DNA of 64,000 nt, taken from NCBI GenBank assembly GCA_021816895.1, contig JAKAWW010000001.1, positions 493,067 to 557,066 on the forward strand, in the 5' to 3' direction. Below are positions 45,469 to 55,338 of the stretch, in pieces. A program made the translations under genes and the position numbers. A model generated the notes under the pieces. That model made no database searches. It was not told the origin of the DNA and saw nothing but the letters and a program-made list of their open reading frames with translations. How positions within the stretch are numbered: position 1 is the stretch's first letter; every line of letters starts with the position of its first letter. Source of the DNA: Candidatus Micrarchaeota archaeon. Lineage in GTDB: Archaea > Micrarchaeota > Micrarchaeia > Micrarchaeales > Micrarchaeaceae.

Positions 45469-46734
45469 CTACGCATTTTGAAACTTGGCGCTTGCTTGCT
45501 CCTTTACTATTTTGCCGTCTATGAGCACATATGCCACATTTGAAGGGTTTGCCGAATAGGCTATATTGTTCACTATATTTGACTTGTTTGAAGGCAGCAT
45601 GTTTGGAGTATCAATGCGCAAAAGTACAATGTCTGCAAGCTTTCCAATTTCTAGCGATCCGATATCCTCTCTTTTGATTGCTTTTGCTGCGTTTATGGTT
45701 ATCATGTCAAGCACTTCCTGCGCAGTTATTGCAGAAGCGTCGCCGTAAAGGCTTTTCATCGAAAGCGCAGAGAACTTCATTGCTTCAAACATGTTAAGGG
45801 AGTTGTTGCTGCCATTGCTATCAGTGCCAAGTGAAACGTTGATGCCCTTTTTGAGCATGTCACCTATTCGTGCACTGCCGCTGGCCAATTTAGAGTTGCT
45901 TATCTGATTCCATGACACGTTCACCCGCTTTGATGCTAGGAGCCCTATCTCTCTATCGGAAAGCCAGACACAGTGGGCTGCAAGCAACCTACTTGAGAGG
46001 AAACCTATTTTTGAGAGGTGCTCTACGGGCCTCTCCCCAGTCTTGCTTATTTCATCAGCAACCTCTTTCCTTGTTTCAGCCAGGTGCATATGCATCAGCG
46101 TTTTGTGCCGCTCTGAAATCTCTTTGGCCTTGGCAAGCGTTTCGTCGCTTGCGACATATATGCCCTGCACGCCTATAGATGGGCTTACGAGCCTGCTTCG
46201 CTTGTGAGTCATTATGAAGTGTTCCGCGTTCTTTACAGGGTTTCCTTTCTGAGTTGTGAACTGCTCGTCTAGCGTGACCCATGACAAGAATGCCCGCATG
46301 CCAAGCTTTTCTGCAGCCTTTGCTATTATGTCCTCCGAATAATACAGATCAACAAAAGATGTAATGCCTGAATCAATCATTTCGCGAATCCCCACAAGCG
46401 ATGAGTCATATAAGTCATTCTCGCTCCTCCCGGCATCATACTTGAAAGTTTTCTTGAGGAATCCGCCAAGGTTTATATCGTTAAGCATGCCCTTGAAGCG
46501 CGACATCGCTACATGTGTATGTGTATTTATGAATCCAGGCATTGCCGCCATGCCATGCGCATCTATCGTTTCATCGGCACCAAATTCCTTCTTGCCTATG
46601 TATGAGATTGTGTTCCCGCTTATGAGCATATTGCCCTTTGTGACCGATCGGCGAGCATCTTGCGTCACGATCAGTGCGTTCCTTATGAATATGGACATGC
46701 TATCACATTTTGGCAACTCATGAATTTGCGCCAT
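45469..46734 (-). CDS. amidohydrolase-superfamily deaminase (MTA/SAH deaminase-like)
   Basis: PGFINTHTHVAMS is the metal-binding H-x-H. HMHLAET and LGTDS are typical of the MtaD / chlorohydrolase group. Confidence 0.85.
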   Translation of the reverse strand: MAQIHELPKCDSMSIFIRNALIVTQDARRSVTKGNMLISGNTISYIGKKEFGADETIDAHGMAAMPGFINTHTHVAMSRFKGMLNDINLGGFLKKTFKYDAGRSENDLYDSSLVGIREMIDSGITSFVDLYYSEDIIAKAAEKLGMRAFLSWVTLDEQFTTQKGNPVKNAEHFIMTHKRSRLVSPSIGVQGIYVASDETLAKAKEISERHKTLMHMHLAETRKEVADEISKTGERPVEHLSKIGFLSSRLLAAHCVWLSDREIGLLASKRVNVSWNQISNSKLASGSARIGDMLKKGINVSLGTDSNGSNNSLNMFEAMKFSALSMKSLYGDASAITAQEVLDMITINAAKAIKREDIGSLEIGKLADIVLLRIDTPNMLPSNKSNIVNNIAYSANPSNVAYVLIDGKIVKEQASAKFQNA

Positions 46735-47800
46735 GCGCTATGCTGTTCCCAAGCCTCTTTAACGCGCCTGCTTTTTCCTTGCTTTCTATGTTTGCCCTGT
46801 CTATCGTGAGGCTAAGGCTTTCTATTAGCTCATCATAATGCTTTTTGCTTATCCGATACGGTATGCCGTCTTTGCCACCTACGTTATATGCGTAGAGCAC
46901 AGGATCGCGCTCTGCGAGCTCCTTGTTGTAGATAAGCGATGCTACAAGCGCCAGCGACTTTATTGTTTTCCTGCCTACACCCTTGACAAGCAGAAGCTCC
47001 TTGTAATCTTTAGGATCCAGTTCGTATGCCCTTTTTAGGGCTTCTGCGCCTTTCTTTGTAATGTCAAGCGCTGGCACTATCTCATGCCGTTCAGGGTACC
47101 TGCGCACCATGCGCGCCGCAATACCTGTGGTTTGATGCACCTCTTCAAGCGCATCGACAAGGCCGTGCCTTGCCCAGGTGTTGCTATCATAAGTAAGGTC
47201 GATCGTTTTCCTGCCCTCTTTTGTGCTCGCTTCAAGCCCAGAGTGAGGTTCTAATGCAAAATCTTCCCCTACAAAATCGCTGAGCCACTGGAAGCGCACA
47301 GCCATCGTGCCATTTTGTTCCATGCCCTGCTGTATAACGGCCCATTTACCGCTCCTTGAGAATATAAAAGAATGCTGGTAAATCGATATGTTGTCATATA
47401 TCATTGCTGCGTCTACCTTTGCGGAGAGCCTGCTGTATTCTATGAATTTGGGCGCGGTGCCAAGCATTGACAATCTTTCAGCGCCTGCCTCTATGTCTGC
47501 AGGGGTGTTGGTGCCAGCGTTGCCTTTGCCTCCAGCAACCACGAGGTCTTTGCTTTCCTTAAGTGCCATCTTTATCGCGCCCATTGTCACAGTAGTGACG
47601 CCGCTGCTGTGCCAGTCATAGCCAAGAGCGCAGGCTAAGGCCTGGAACCAGTTGCTATCGGCAAGCCTTGACAAAAGTTCATCAGCCCCGTATTCATCAA
47701 TTATTGCCTGGGATATCTTCCCGCCGAGCATTACCATTCTCGTGAAAAGCCATCTCGGTGCCCTGCCGCTATGCAAGGGCAGCACGGTAGCGCTGCGCAT
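46718..47800 (-). CDS. DUF763-family protein
   Basis: LPLHSGRAPRWLFTRM...SNWFQALACALGYDWHSSGVTTV matches my recollection of the DUF763 N-terminus. A C-terminal HhH-like LLLVKGVGRKTIKSLA is present. Confidence 0.65.
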   Translation of the reverse strand: MRSATVLPLHSGRAPRWLFTRMVMLGGKISQAIIDEYGADELLSRLADSNWFQALACALGYDWHSSGVTTVTMGAIKMALKESKDLVVAGGKGNAGTNTPADIEAGAERLSMLGTAPKFIEYSRLSAKVDAAMIYDNISIYQHSFIFSRSGKWAVIQQGMEQNGTMAVRFQWLSDFVGEDFALEPHSGLEASTKEGRKTIDLTYDSNTWARHGLVDALEEVHQTTGIAARMVRRYPERHEIVPALDITKKGAEALKRAYELDPKDYKELLLVKGVGRKTIKSLALVASLIYNKELAERDPVLYAYNVGGKDGIPYRISKKHYDELIESLSLTIDRANIESKEKAGALKRLGNSIAHGANS

Positions 47801-47886
47801 ATCTGTTGCTTAGTATGCAAAGCTTATATGTGTTGCATTGCTGATCGTGGCAGAGAGGTAATAATGGCGCCTGCTTGCCAAAAAGC

Positions 47887-48621
47887 TCAGCTTTCGCGCC
47901 ACCTGACAAAATACCTTGCTATTACCATGTATATTACAACCTCTGCCATAAGCACGCCCAGCATCGATAGCATCTTAGGCGCCAGGCCGAAGTAGCCCTG
48001 CGCGAGCACTGCAGCAGGCGTTGCAGGAGAGAGCGCAAGTATGTACAGCGCAATCTTTGGAAGGTATGTATACGGATAAAATGTGGGAGGTATCATTGTG
48101 AGCAGCGTGGATATTATTGCAGATATGCCCCACACATTCCTTACGTGCTTAACCCTGCTTGATATTATGAATGAGATTGCAGATGAGGAGACAAGCAGCA
48201 TGATCAGTATTGCTATAAGGAGAAGCACATTAAGAATTGTAAACATCTTCAGCACTATGCCCATTACGGCAAAAATGGCCAAGCCTGGCAGGGCAAATGC
48301 GGCATAGCTTATTGTAAGAGCAAGCATGTAGTCCATAGGCGTTATGCTCGTATCAACAAAAAGGTCCTGTATCCTTAGCTGCAGCCGCATGAACGCTGCA
48401 TCACCAGCACTTGAAAGCGAATTTGAAGCTATCATTATTATGAAGCCGCCGAGCACAGCATACTCTATTATGGCCCCGTGGCTTATTATGTATACTATGA
48501 AAAGTATCGTAAGTGGCATCATCAACGACACTATGACATAGGAATAGCTCCTCTTTAGCGTTGAGAAGCCGTAATACCAGCTCATTGCAGCTATGAACTT
48601 AGGATTCAAGGTAAACACCAT
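47887..48621 (-). CDS. ABC-2-type transporter permease
   Basis: Six hydrophobic segments. Overlaps the upstream ABC ATPase gene. Confidence 0.7.
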   Translation of the reverse strand: MVFTLNPKFIAAMSWYYGFSTLKRSYSYVIVSLMMPLTILFIVYIISHGAIIEYAVLGGFIIMIASNSLSSAGDAAFMRLQLRIQDLFVDTSITPMDYMLALTISYAAFALPGLAIFAVMGIVLKMFTILNVLLLIAILIMLLVSSSAISFIISSRVKHVRNVWGISAIISTLLTMIPPTFYPYTYLPKIALYILALSPATPAAVLAQGYFGLAPKMLSMLGVLMAEVVIYMVIARYFVRWRES

Positions 48622-49432
48622 TTACTATGAACAGATCTTCAAGTGTTATCTGCCTGGCGGTATAGCCTTTTTTCAGATAGGCATCGGCTTTGCCCACGCC
48701 CACATATGATATTCCAAGCCCGCCGACATTGTATGCCCCGCGCCTTGACGTACTTTCAATGCGTATTTTGCCATTGAACTTGCTCAGCAGGTCTTTTACA
48801 GAACCATGCTCCAGAACTTTTCCTGATTCTACCATTACAACATCATCTGCAAGATCCTGGGCTTCCTCCATGTAGTGTGTTGTTATGATCACACTGCCAT
48901 TGAGCTTCTTTATTGCAGACCACACCTCGAGCCTTGATATAGGGTCAAGCCCTGTGGTAGGCTCATCCATGAATGTTATTGCTGAATTGTATGCCAATGC
49001 CATCGCCACAAACACCTTGCGTTTCATGCCGCCGGAGAGCTCGTCAGCAGGCATGTTCGCTGCATCAGACATGCTCATTACTTTAAGCGCTCTTTTTGTG
49101 CGCTCAGAAGCACTACGCGCGTCCATGCCTTTTGCTATGAGGTACAGCTTTATCTGCTCATATGGGGTAAGCACGCTTATGGGGCTTGCCTCCTGCGGTA
49201 TGCTCACAATGGTCTTCCTAAGCCAGCCTGTGTCTTTTATCACATCGTGGCCGTCTATCTCTGCAGTGCCTTCCGTAGGCATAAGTTGCGTTGACAAAAT
49301 GCGCATCAATGTTGTCTTGCCGGCGCCGTTCCTGCCTATTATGGCGGTTATACGGCCCTTTAAGGTAAGGTCTATGCCCTTCAGCGCATGAACTTTGCCA
49401 TAGTCCTTTTTTAGCCCTTTTATCCTTATCAT
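48599..49432 (-). CDS. ABC transporter ATP-binding protein
   Basis: Walker A GRNGAGKTT, signature LSGGMKRK and Walker B ITFMDEPTTGLD. Confidence 0.9.
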   Translation of the reverse strand: MIRIKGLKKDYGKVHALKGIDLTLKGRITAIIGRNGAGKTTLMRILSTQLMPTEGTAEIDGHDVIKDTGWLRKTIVSIPQEASPISVLTPYEQIKLYLIAKGMDARSASERTKRALKVMSMSDAANMPADELSGGMKRKVFVAMALAYNSAITFMDEPTTGLDPISRLEVWSAIKKLNGSVIITTHYMEEAQDLADDVVMVESGKVLEHGSVKDLLSKFNGKIRIESTSRRGAYNVGGLGISYVGVGKADAYLKKGYTARQITLEDLFIVNGVYLES

Positions 49433-49458
49433 CGAATCTCCGCAAATTACGTTGAGCA

Positions 49459-50526
49459 CTATATGTTGGCTCCGGTAAGTATGATTGCTGTTTCCTCTCT
49501 TTTTATAGCATTGCTTAATTTGCCATACGCAGCAATGCCTGCTGCAGCGGCAAGCTCTATCTTGATGCCATATTCTTTGTAGAACCGATCCTGCTGCACT
49601 GCCATCTCATCGTCGCCCACCGCGACAAACATGCCGCCAGTGCTTTTTGCCGCTTCGATGGCCTGGCTGCCATATGTAGGCATGCCCACGGCTATCGCAT
49701 CTGCAAGAGTGCGCGGCCTTGTATATTTTATCTCTGAATTGCGCTTCATTGCATCCAGTATAGGGGAGCAAGCCGAAGCTTCGACACCGATGAGCCTTGG
49801 TAATGCCTTTGCAACGCGCGCCTTTTTCAGCATTGCATATGCCTTGTAAAGAGCGCTGAACAGCGTTGCGTTGCCTACAGGTACTATTATGTTCTTCAGC
49901 GAAGGCCTCTGCGCGAACAGCTCGTATGCGATTGTAGCCTGGCCTTCCTTGCGGTAACAGTAGTCGCCTCCAAGAAAGGCGTTGTTGCGCTTTGCATATT
50001 CTTCTGCATCTGCCTGGGCTTTTGTGAAATCGCCGTTGATCATGTGCAGCTCAGCGTCATGCGTGCTCCTTATGTCGATAAGCTTGTCGCGGTTTGCGCT
50101 CCTGCTTATGAATACCGCCGCCTCTATGCTGTAAAGCTTGGCGTAATACGCTATTGAATACGCCATGTTGCCTGTCGAAGCGCACACAATTTTACTGTAG
50201 CCGTATTCTTTCGCCTTGGCCACTTCAATAGCGGAGCCCCTGTCCTTGAACGATTTTGTTGGATTCTCGAACTCTAGCTTGAAGAACAGGCTGGAATTTT
50301 CGTGGCTCTTGATTAGCCTTGTCAGGCCTACCTCAAAGTGCTTGTATGCGCCCTTTGGCAGCATCGGCCCAAAATCCCAGAAATTCTTTGCATGTGCAAT
50401 GCCATTGCCATCTGCATCGCCCAGATATTCCACTTCGAGTATGCCCCCGCATGATGCGCATGTCTGCCTTTTGTATGAAGCCCTGTAGCTCTTCCTGCAT
50501 CTCATGCAGCGCAACCTGTATTCCAT
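49459..50526 (-). CDS. thrC: threonine synthase (short archaeal form with an N-terminal zinc ribbon)
   Basis: CMRCRK...CASCGG zinc ribbon, PLP-lysine motif ENPTKSFKDRGS and STGNMA. Confidence 0.85.
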   Translation of the reverse strand: MEYRLRCMRCRKSYRASYKRQTCASCGGILEVEYLGDADGNGIAHAKNFWDFGPMLPKGAYKHFEVGLTRLIKSHENSSLFFKLEFENPTKSFKDRGSAIEVAKAKEYGYSKIVCASTGNMAYSIAYYAKLYSIEAAVFISRSANRDKLIDIRSTHDAELHMINGDFTKAQADAEEYAKRNNAFLGGDYCYRKEGQATIAYELFAQRPSLKNIIVPVGNATLFSALYKAYAMLKKARVAKALPRLIGVEASACSPILDAMKRNSEIKYTRPRTLADAIAVGMPTYGSQAIEAAKSTGGMFVAVGDDEMAVQQDRFYKEYGIKIELAAAAGIAAYGKLSNAIKREETAIILTGANI

Positions 50527-50538
50527 TTTATCACCATG

Positions 50539-51570
50539 CTATTTTGAAGAATGCATTATCACTTTCTTGTAGAAGTCAAGCGTCTTTTCAGCGGCACTGG
50601 TCCAGCTGAAGCTCTTAGCATACATTATGGCGTCGTCGCTCAGCTCTGGCTTTTCCTTTGCCAAAAGCCCTATTGTTTTTGGAACGTCTTGCTTGCTGCA
50701 CTTTATTGCGTATCTTGCCACAGCTTTTGGTATCTGAGCATCCTTCAAAACAACCACAGGGGTGCCAACTGCCATTGATTCCAGTATCGTCAGCCCGAAG
50801 CCCTCTAGGGAGCTCAGATGGAGCAGCGCTATGCTTGTCTTCAGCTTGCTTATTATCTCTTTTGTGCTTGCCTGCACTATTACATGCACGCGCTTTGCGT
50901 TCATGTATTCGCTGCTTATCTGTTCTAATGGCGTCGGTGTGAATATGTACAGATCGTTAGCGCCCTTTGCGGCTTTTTCGAATGCGCTTATAAGCAACGG
51001 TATGTTCTTGTGCGGGTAGCGCACCGAGCCAATGTATACGAAATCCTTCCTGCCTGCATTATGCGAGACCCTCTCCTTTATGAACACGTCGTCTATGCCT
51101 TCGTGTATCACGGTTCTCAATTTATTGTCAAGATTGCCCAGGTAGCGCTCTACGTCATTTTTTGCCTCTTCGCTCGGGTATATTATGCCGTCTGCAGCAC
51201 CGGTGTTTTTGAGTGCAGGAAGCACAACCCCGAGCCAGTGGTAGAAGTCCTTTTTCAACGGATTGTAGGTCTTGTGCCGCTCAAAAACAGATGAATCGTG
51301 CCATGTGAGCACCTTTGGCGCCTTTGACAGAGGGAATGCCGCATTTGGGTACATCACATGCACAATGTCAACATTTTCCCTTATGCGCAAGCCTGCAAAA
51401 TAGCGCTTTAGGCCTTTTGCCATGTCGCCAAAAAAGTTGTCCGGTTTTCTCGATTCATAGGTAAATATCTTGTTTCCAGCGCGCAATTGAGTATAAAGCT
51501 CGTGCGCATACCTGCTTATGCCGTCTTTTGCAGAGAAATCGAAGTCGCTGCCCACCATTGCTATTCTCAT
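50539..51570 (-). CDS. GT4-family (GT-B) glycosyltransferase
   Basis: The C-terminal EGFGLTILESMAVGTPVV is the E-x7-E motif region. Confidence 0.8.
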   Translation of the reverse strand: MRIAMVGSDFDFSAKDGISRYAHELYTQLRAGNKIFTYESRKPDNFFGDMAKGLKRYFAGLRIRENVDIVHVMYPNAAFPLSKAPKVLTWHDSSVFERHKTYNPLKKDFYHWLGVVLPALKNTGAADGIIYPSEEAKNDVERYLGNLDNKLRTVIHEGIDDVFIKERVSHNAGRKDFVYIGSVRYPHKNIPLLISAFEKAAKGANDLYIFTPTPLEQISSEYMNAKRVHVIVQASTKEIISKLKTSIALLHLSSLEGFGLTILESMAVGTPVVVLKDAQIPKAVARYAIKCSKQDVPKTIGLLAKEKPELSDDAIMYAKSFSWTSAAEKTLDFYKKVIMHSSK

Positions 51571-51715
51571 ACAACCAGCTACTGCACACCTGCGCTTTCT
51601 TAGTTAAATTACGCGTATAGGTTTTTATTTTATGTGTTTACATGCTTTATGTGTGTTTTTCAATGATCGCGGCAAAGTCCGCACTAGCAGCAAAATCTGA
51701 TGGAATTACGATAGA

Positions 51716-51735
51716 TTTTTATATCTTATATAAGG
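51716..51735 (+). promoter_or_regulatory. candidate TATA-box region for the tuf-rps10 operon
   Basis: tttttatatcttatataagg lies about 115-130 nt upstream of the tuf ATG. A GGTGA Shine-Dalgarno-like element is at 51838-51842. No transcript data. Confidence 0.3.
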
Positions 51736-51848
51736 AATATTATAGAGCATTCTTTAGCTGTAAAAGGCGGTAGCAAGTGCCTTTCTCCTCTGTGAGGGAC
51801 AAATAAGGCAGTGTTAATGTCTATGCTAACATGCTAACGGTGAATTAA

Positions 51849-53120
51849 ATGGTAGACAAACCACATATGAACCTGATCTTTATAGGGCACGTTGACCATG
51901 GAAAGTCAACAACAGTAGGCAGACTGCTCTTCGAAAGCGGAGCTATAACGCAGAGAGATATTGATAAGTACAAGGATCTCACGCAGCAGTTCAACAGGCC
52001 TACATTCGAGTTCGCATTCGTAATGGACTCGCTCAAGGAAGAGCGCGAAAGAGGCATTACAATAGATATAGCGCACAGGGAGTTCCAAACGCCAAAATAC
52101 TACTTTACCATAATAGACGCACCAGGGCACAGGGACTTCGTAAAGAACATGATAACAGGAGCGAGCCAGGCTGACGCGGCAGTGCTAGTTGTCGCTGCAG
52201 ATGAAGGAGTAAGGCCGCAGACAAGGGAGCATGCGATACTGGCAAGCGTTCTTGGCATAGGCCAGGTAATAGTAGGCATAAACAAGATAGACAAGGTGAA
52301 CTTCGAGCAGCAGAAATACGAGGCTGTCAAGAAAGAGATGTCTGACCTGCTAAAGGTCCTCGGCTTCAAGGTGGACTCGATGCTTTTCGTACCATATTCT
52401 GCGCTTGAAGGCAGCAACGTGAAGACAAAGCCCGACAAGATGTCGTGGTACAACGGCCCGACGCTTCTTGAAGCTCTCGATACATTAAAGCTTCCTGAAA
52501 AGCCCACGAACCTGCCATTGAGGCTGCCCATACAGGACGTATTCAGCATCCCGGGCTTCGGCACCGTGCCAGTAGGCAGGGTAGAGACAGGCGTGCTTAA
52601 GGTTGGCGACAACATAACAATAATGCCAAGCGGGGTGAAGACAGACGTAAAGAGCATAGAGATGCACCACCAGCCGCTTCAGAAGGCAGAGCCAGGCGAC
52701 AATGTAGGCTTCAACATAAAGGGCATCGACAAGAAGGACATAAAGAGGGGAGACGTGGTAGGCCCTTCGAGCAACCCACCCACAGTGGCAGAGGAGTTTA
52801 CTGCACAGGTTGTAATATTGCACCACCCCAATGTGATAGCAAAAGGGTATACCCCCGTATTCCATATACATACAGCACAGGTGGCATGCACTATAACCGA
52901 GATACTTGAAAAGAAGGACCCAAAGACCGGGCAGGTAGTGGAGAAGAATCCTGAAACGATAAAGACCAACGACATCGCAATAGTGAAGGTAAAGCCAACA
53001 AAACCAGTCGCGCTTGAAAGGTACAACGACTTCAAGCAGCTTGGCAGGTTCGCGATAAGGGATATGGGCGAAACCATAGGCGCAGGAATCATCCTTGAAG
53101 TGAAGCCAAGGCAGCAGTAA
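51849..53120 (+). CDS. tuf: translation elongation factor EF-1alpha
   Basis: [17 protein letters not shown] and NKID GTPase motifs, with full-length similarity to the aEF-1alpha layout. Confidence 0.97.
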   Translation: MVDKPHMNLIFIGHVDHGKSTTVGRLLFESGAITQRDIDKYKDLTQQFNRPTFEFAFVMDSLKEERERGITIDIAHREFQTPKYYFTIIDAPGHRDFVKNMITGASQADAAVLVVAADEGVRPQTREHAILASVLGIGQVIVGINKIDKVNFEQQKYEAVKKEMSDLLKVLGFKVDSMLFVPYSALEGSNVKTKPDKMSWYNGPTLLEALDTLKLPEKPTNLPLRLPIQDVFSIPGFGTVPVGRVETGVLKVGDNITIMPSGVKTDVKSIEMHHQPLQKAEPGDNVGFNIKGIDKKDIKRGDVVGPSSNPPTVAEEFTAQVVILHHPNVIAKGYTPVFHIHTAQVACTITEILEKKDPKTGQVVEKNPETIKTNDIAIVKVKPTKPVALERYNDFKQLGRFAIRDMGETIGAGIILEVKPRQQ

Positions 53121-53128
53121 CAGTTGAT

Positions 53129-53440
53129 ATGATGACTTCAGCGATAATAAAGCTCGTAAGCACCAAATCCGAGGATATAGACAGCATAGCCAAGCAGATA
53201 TGCGAGATAGCGAAAACCTCCAGCATAAAATCAAGGGGCCCGATACCGCTGCCTACGCACAGGATATCGCAAACAGTGCGAAAGTCGCCATGCGGCTCGG
53301 GAAGCCACACCTACGAGAAATGGGAGATGCGCATACACAAAAGGCTCATAATCATAGAAGGCGACGAATCAGCGCTAAGGCAGGTAATGCGCCTCAAGGT
53401 CCCAGATACTGTGCAGATAGAGATAGGGCTCGCAGGCTAA
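53129..53440 (+). CDS. rps10: 30S ribosomal protein uS10
   Basis: GPIPLPT...SPCGSGSHTYEKWEMRIHKRLI is the uS10 core. The position immediately after tuf is the conserved archaeal order. Confidence 0.95.
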   Translation: MMTSAIIKLVSTKSEDIDSIAKQICEIAKTSSIKSRGPIPLPTHRISQTVRKSPCGSGSHTYEKWEMRIHKRLIIIEGDESALRQVMRLKVPDTVQIEIGLAG

Positions 53441-53473
53441 GAGCCCCTTATGCTTTATGCCTTCATTTTATAT

Positions 53474-53489
53474 TTCTTTTTGTGTTTTA
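53474..53489 (+). terminator. T-rich tract, candidate archaeal terminator between convergent genes
   Basis: tttctttttgtgtttta lies downstream of the rps10 stop. Archaeal termination commonly uses oligo-T. Confidence 0.3.
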
Positions 53490-53495
53490 TCTTGG

Positions 53496-54695
53496 CTAGA
53501 ACATCTCATGCCTGCCTTCTTGGATGCTCCTGCTCACTTCAACCATGTCTTTCAATGACTCTTCGGCAATATCATTGACTTTTGATTTTATGCTGCTGAA
53601 CTTCTCGCCTTTTTCGATTACTGCCTCTACATAAAGGCTTTTTGGATCATTTATGGGCCTGCCTATCTGCGAGACAAGCGAAACGTAGCACTCCTTTATC
53701 TGCGGATACTGGTTGGTGATATCGCTTGCAAGCTTATTTGCGAATATGTTGTATATCTTCCCGACGTGGTTTACAGGGTTCTTGCCTGCTGCGGCCTCAA
53801 GGGTCATGTGCCTGAATGGCGTGATGAGCCCGTTTACCCTGTTTCCCCGCCCTACCGAGCCGTCATCTCCAGCCTCGCAGCTGAGCCCCGATTTGGTAAG
53901 GTATACGCTGTTCTCCTTGTGCAAATCGCCGTTGTTGATCACTATGCTTATATCTTTGCCGGTTATGCGTGAAGCCCTCTTTTGTATGTCAGAAGCAATG
54001 CGCTCCTTCAGCCCAGCGTATTCGTCAATGCTTGCTATAAGCCCTGCCACGAACGCTATCGCTATGGTGAGCGTTATCTTGTTGCCGTCGCGTATGCCCA
54101 TCACCTTTATGTCTTCGCCCGCTGCGGGTACCTCTTTTTTGTATTCTTTGCTGTTCAAGAATCTTTCTGTTTCTAGCGTAAGCTTCTCTGTCTCGCTAAG
54201 CGGCGCAAACCCTATGCCCAATGAGGTATCATTGGAGAGGGGCACGTCATTGTGACGGGAAAATATGTGGTTCAGGTCAGACGAGCCTTTCTGTATCTTA
54301 GAATAGATCTTTACCTCGTTGTCGACATCAAGAAACCTTGTATGCGCTTTAAGGTAATCATAAGCTGCTTTTACCGCAATTGCATCGACATCGATGTGCT
54401 TGCCATCGAAGGAGCTTGCCGCCCTGCCGGCTATTATTACCTCTATGGGCCTTGTGATCTTGCCATAGCCGAACCTGGCTTCTGAGCTGCCGCCTATGAT
54501 GAGGCCCTTATCGACATTGTGGTGCAATACTGCGCCTGCGCGCTCCTTGTATGCCTTGACAAGCCCCAGGCTTGTGCTTTCCACAATGCCGTCTATCAGG
54601 CTATCAGGATGGCCGACACCTTTCCTTTCCACAAATTCCATTGCCTGGCTCTCAACAGGCTGTGAGCGCCGCTGCTCTACGCTTATGCTGCTCAT
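53496..54695 (-). CDS. S-adenosylmethionine synthetase, archaeal type
   Basis: ERKGVGHPDSLIDGI at the N-terminus and about 400 aa in length are characteristic of archaeal MAT. Confidence 0.9.
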   Translation of the reverse strand: MSSISVEQRRSQPVESQAMEFVERKGVGHPDSLIDGIVESTSLGLVKAYKERAGAVLHHNVDKGLIIGGSSEARFGYGKITRPIEVIIAGRAASSFDGKHIDVDAIAVKAAYDYLKAHTRFLDVDNEVKIYSKIQKGSSDLNHIFSRHNDVPLSNDTSLGIGFAPLSETEKLTLETERFLNSKEYKKEVPAAGEDIKVMGIRDGNKITLTIAIAFVAGLIASIDEYAGLKERIASDIQKRASRITGKDISIVINNGDLHKENSVYLTKSGLSCEAGDDGSVGRGNRVNGLITPFRHMTLEAAAGKNPVNHVGKIYNIFANKLASDITNQYPQIKECYVSLVSQIGRPINDPKSLYVEAVIEKGEKFSSIKSKVNDIAEESLKDMVEVSRSIQEGRHEMF

Positions 54696-54816
54696 TATAT
54701 CACATATTATTGCTTATAATGCTATATTTCATATATTAAATTGTTTGTGCTACGTATATTCATATAAGAATAAAATCCGGCGCAAAGGTTAAATAAGTAT
54801 ATGCAGCATTTTCATC

Positions 54817-55338
54817 ATGGAGTTTCCAGATTTGAATAGTATACGCATGAGAAGAAAAAGGGCAGGCACTACGCAGAAGGCTCTGGCAAAAGAAGCGGGT
54901 ATAAGCCAATCGATGCTCACGAAGATAGAGCGCGGCCTAGTGATGCCAAGCTATGGCACAGCCGTAGCAATATTCAATGCTCTTGAAAACAGGGAGCACA
55001 GCAGCGAAGAGCGGGCATTGCAGATAATGCACAGCAGGGTGATAACGCTCAAGCCTTCTGATACGGTCGAGAAGGCTGCAGAGCTTAGCAGAAGGCATGC
55101 AATATCGCAGTTTCCAGTAGTGCTGCACGGCAGCATTATTGGAAGCGTAAGCACAAGCGACATGCTCTGGGCTGAAAAAGGCAGCAAGATAAATCAGATA
55201 ATGGGAGAGCCATTCCCGATTGTAAGCAGGAGCACGCCGATAAGCAGCGTCAAGGTCCTGCTCAAGAATGCAAAAGCCGTGCTTGTAACGGGCAACGGGT
55301 CATTGCTAGGCATAATAACTGCAGACGATCTGCTATGA
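54817..55338 (+). CDS. XRE-type HTH + CBS-domain regulator
   Basis: The HTH is TQKALAKEAGISQSMLTKIERG. The C-terminal CBS pair contains HAISQFPVV and LLGIITADDLL. Confidence 0.75.
   Translation: MEFPDLNSIRMRRKRAGTTQKALAKEAGISQSMLTKIERGLVMPSYGTAVAIFNALENREHSSEERALQIMHSRVITLKPSDTVEKAAELSRRHAISQFPVVLHGSIIGSVSTSDMLWAEKGSKINQIMGEPFPIVSRSTPISSVKVLLKNAKAVLVTGNGSLLGIITADDLL

Noticed and set aside
52485-53234. 249-aa ORF on the minus strand, plus ORFs 52100-52657 and 52679-53092
   Set aside because: They lie entirely antisense to the unmistakable EF-1alpha gene. Their composition is Leu/Cys/Tyr/Ser-skewed, which is typical of shadow ORFs.
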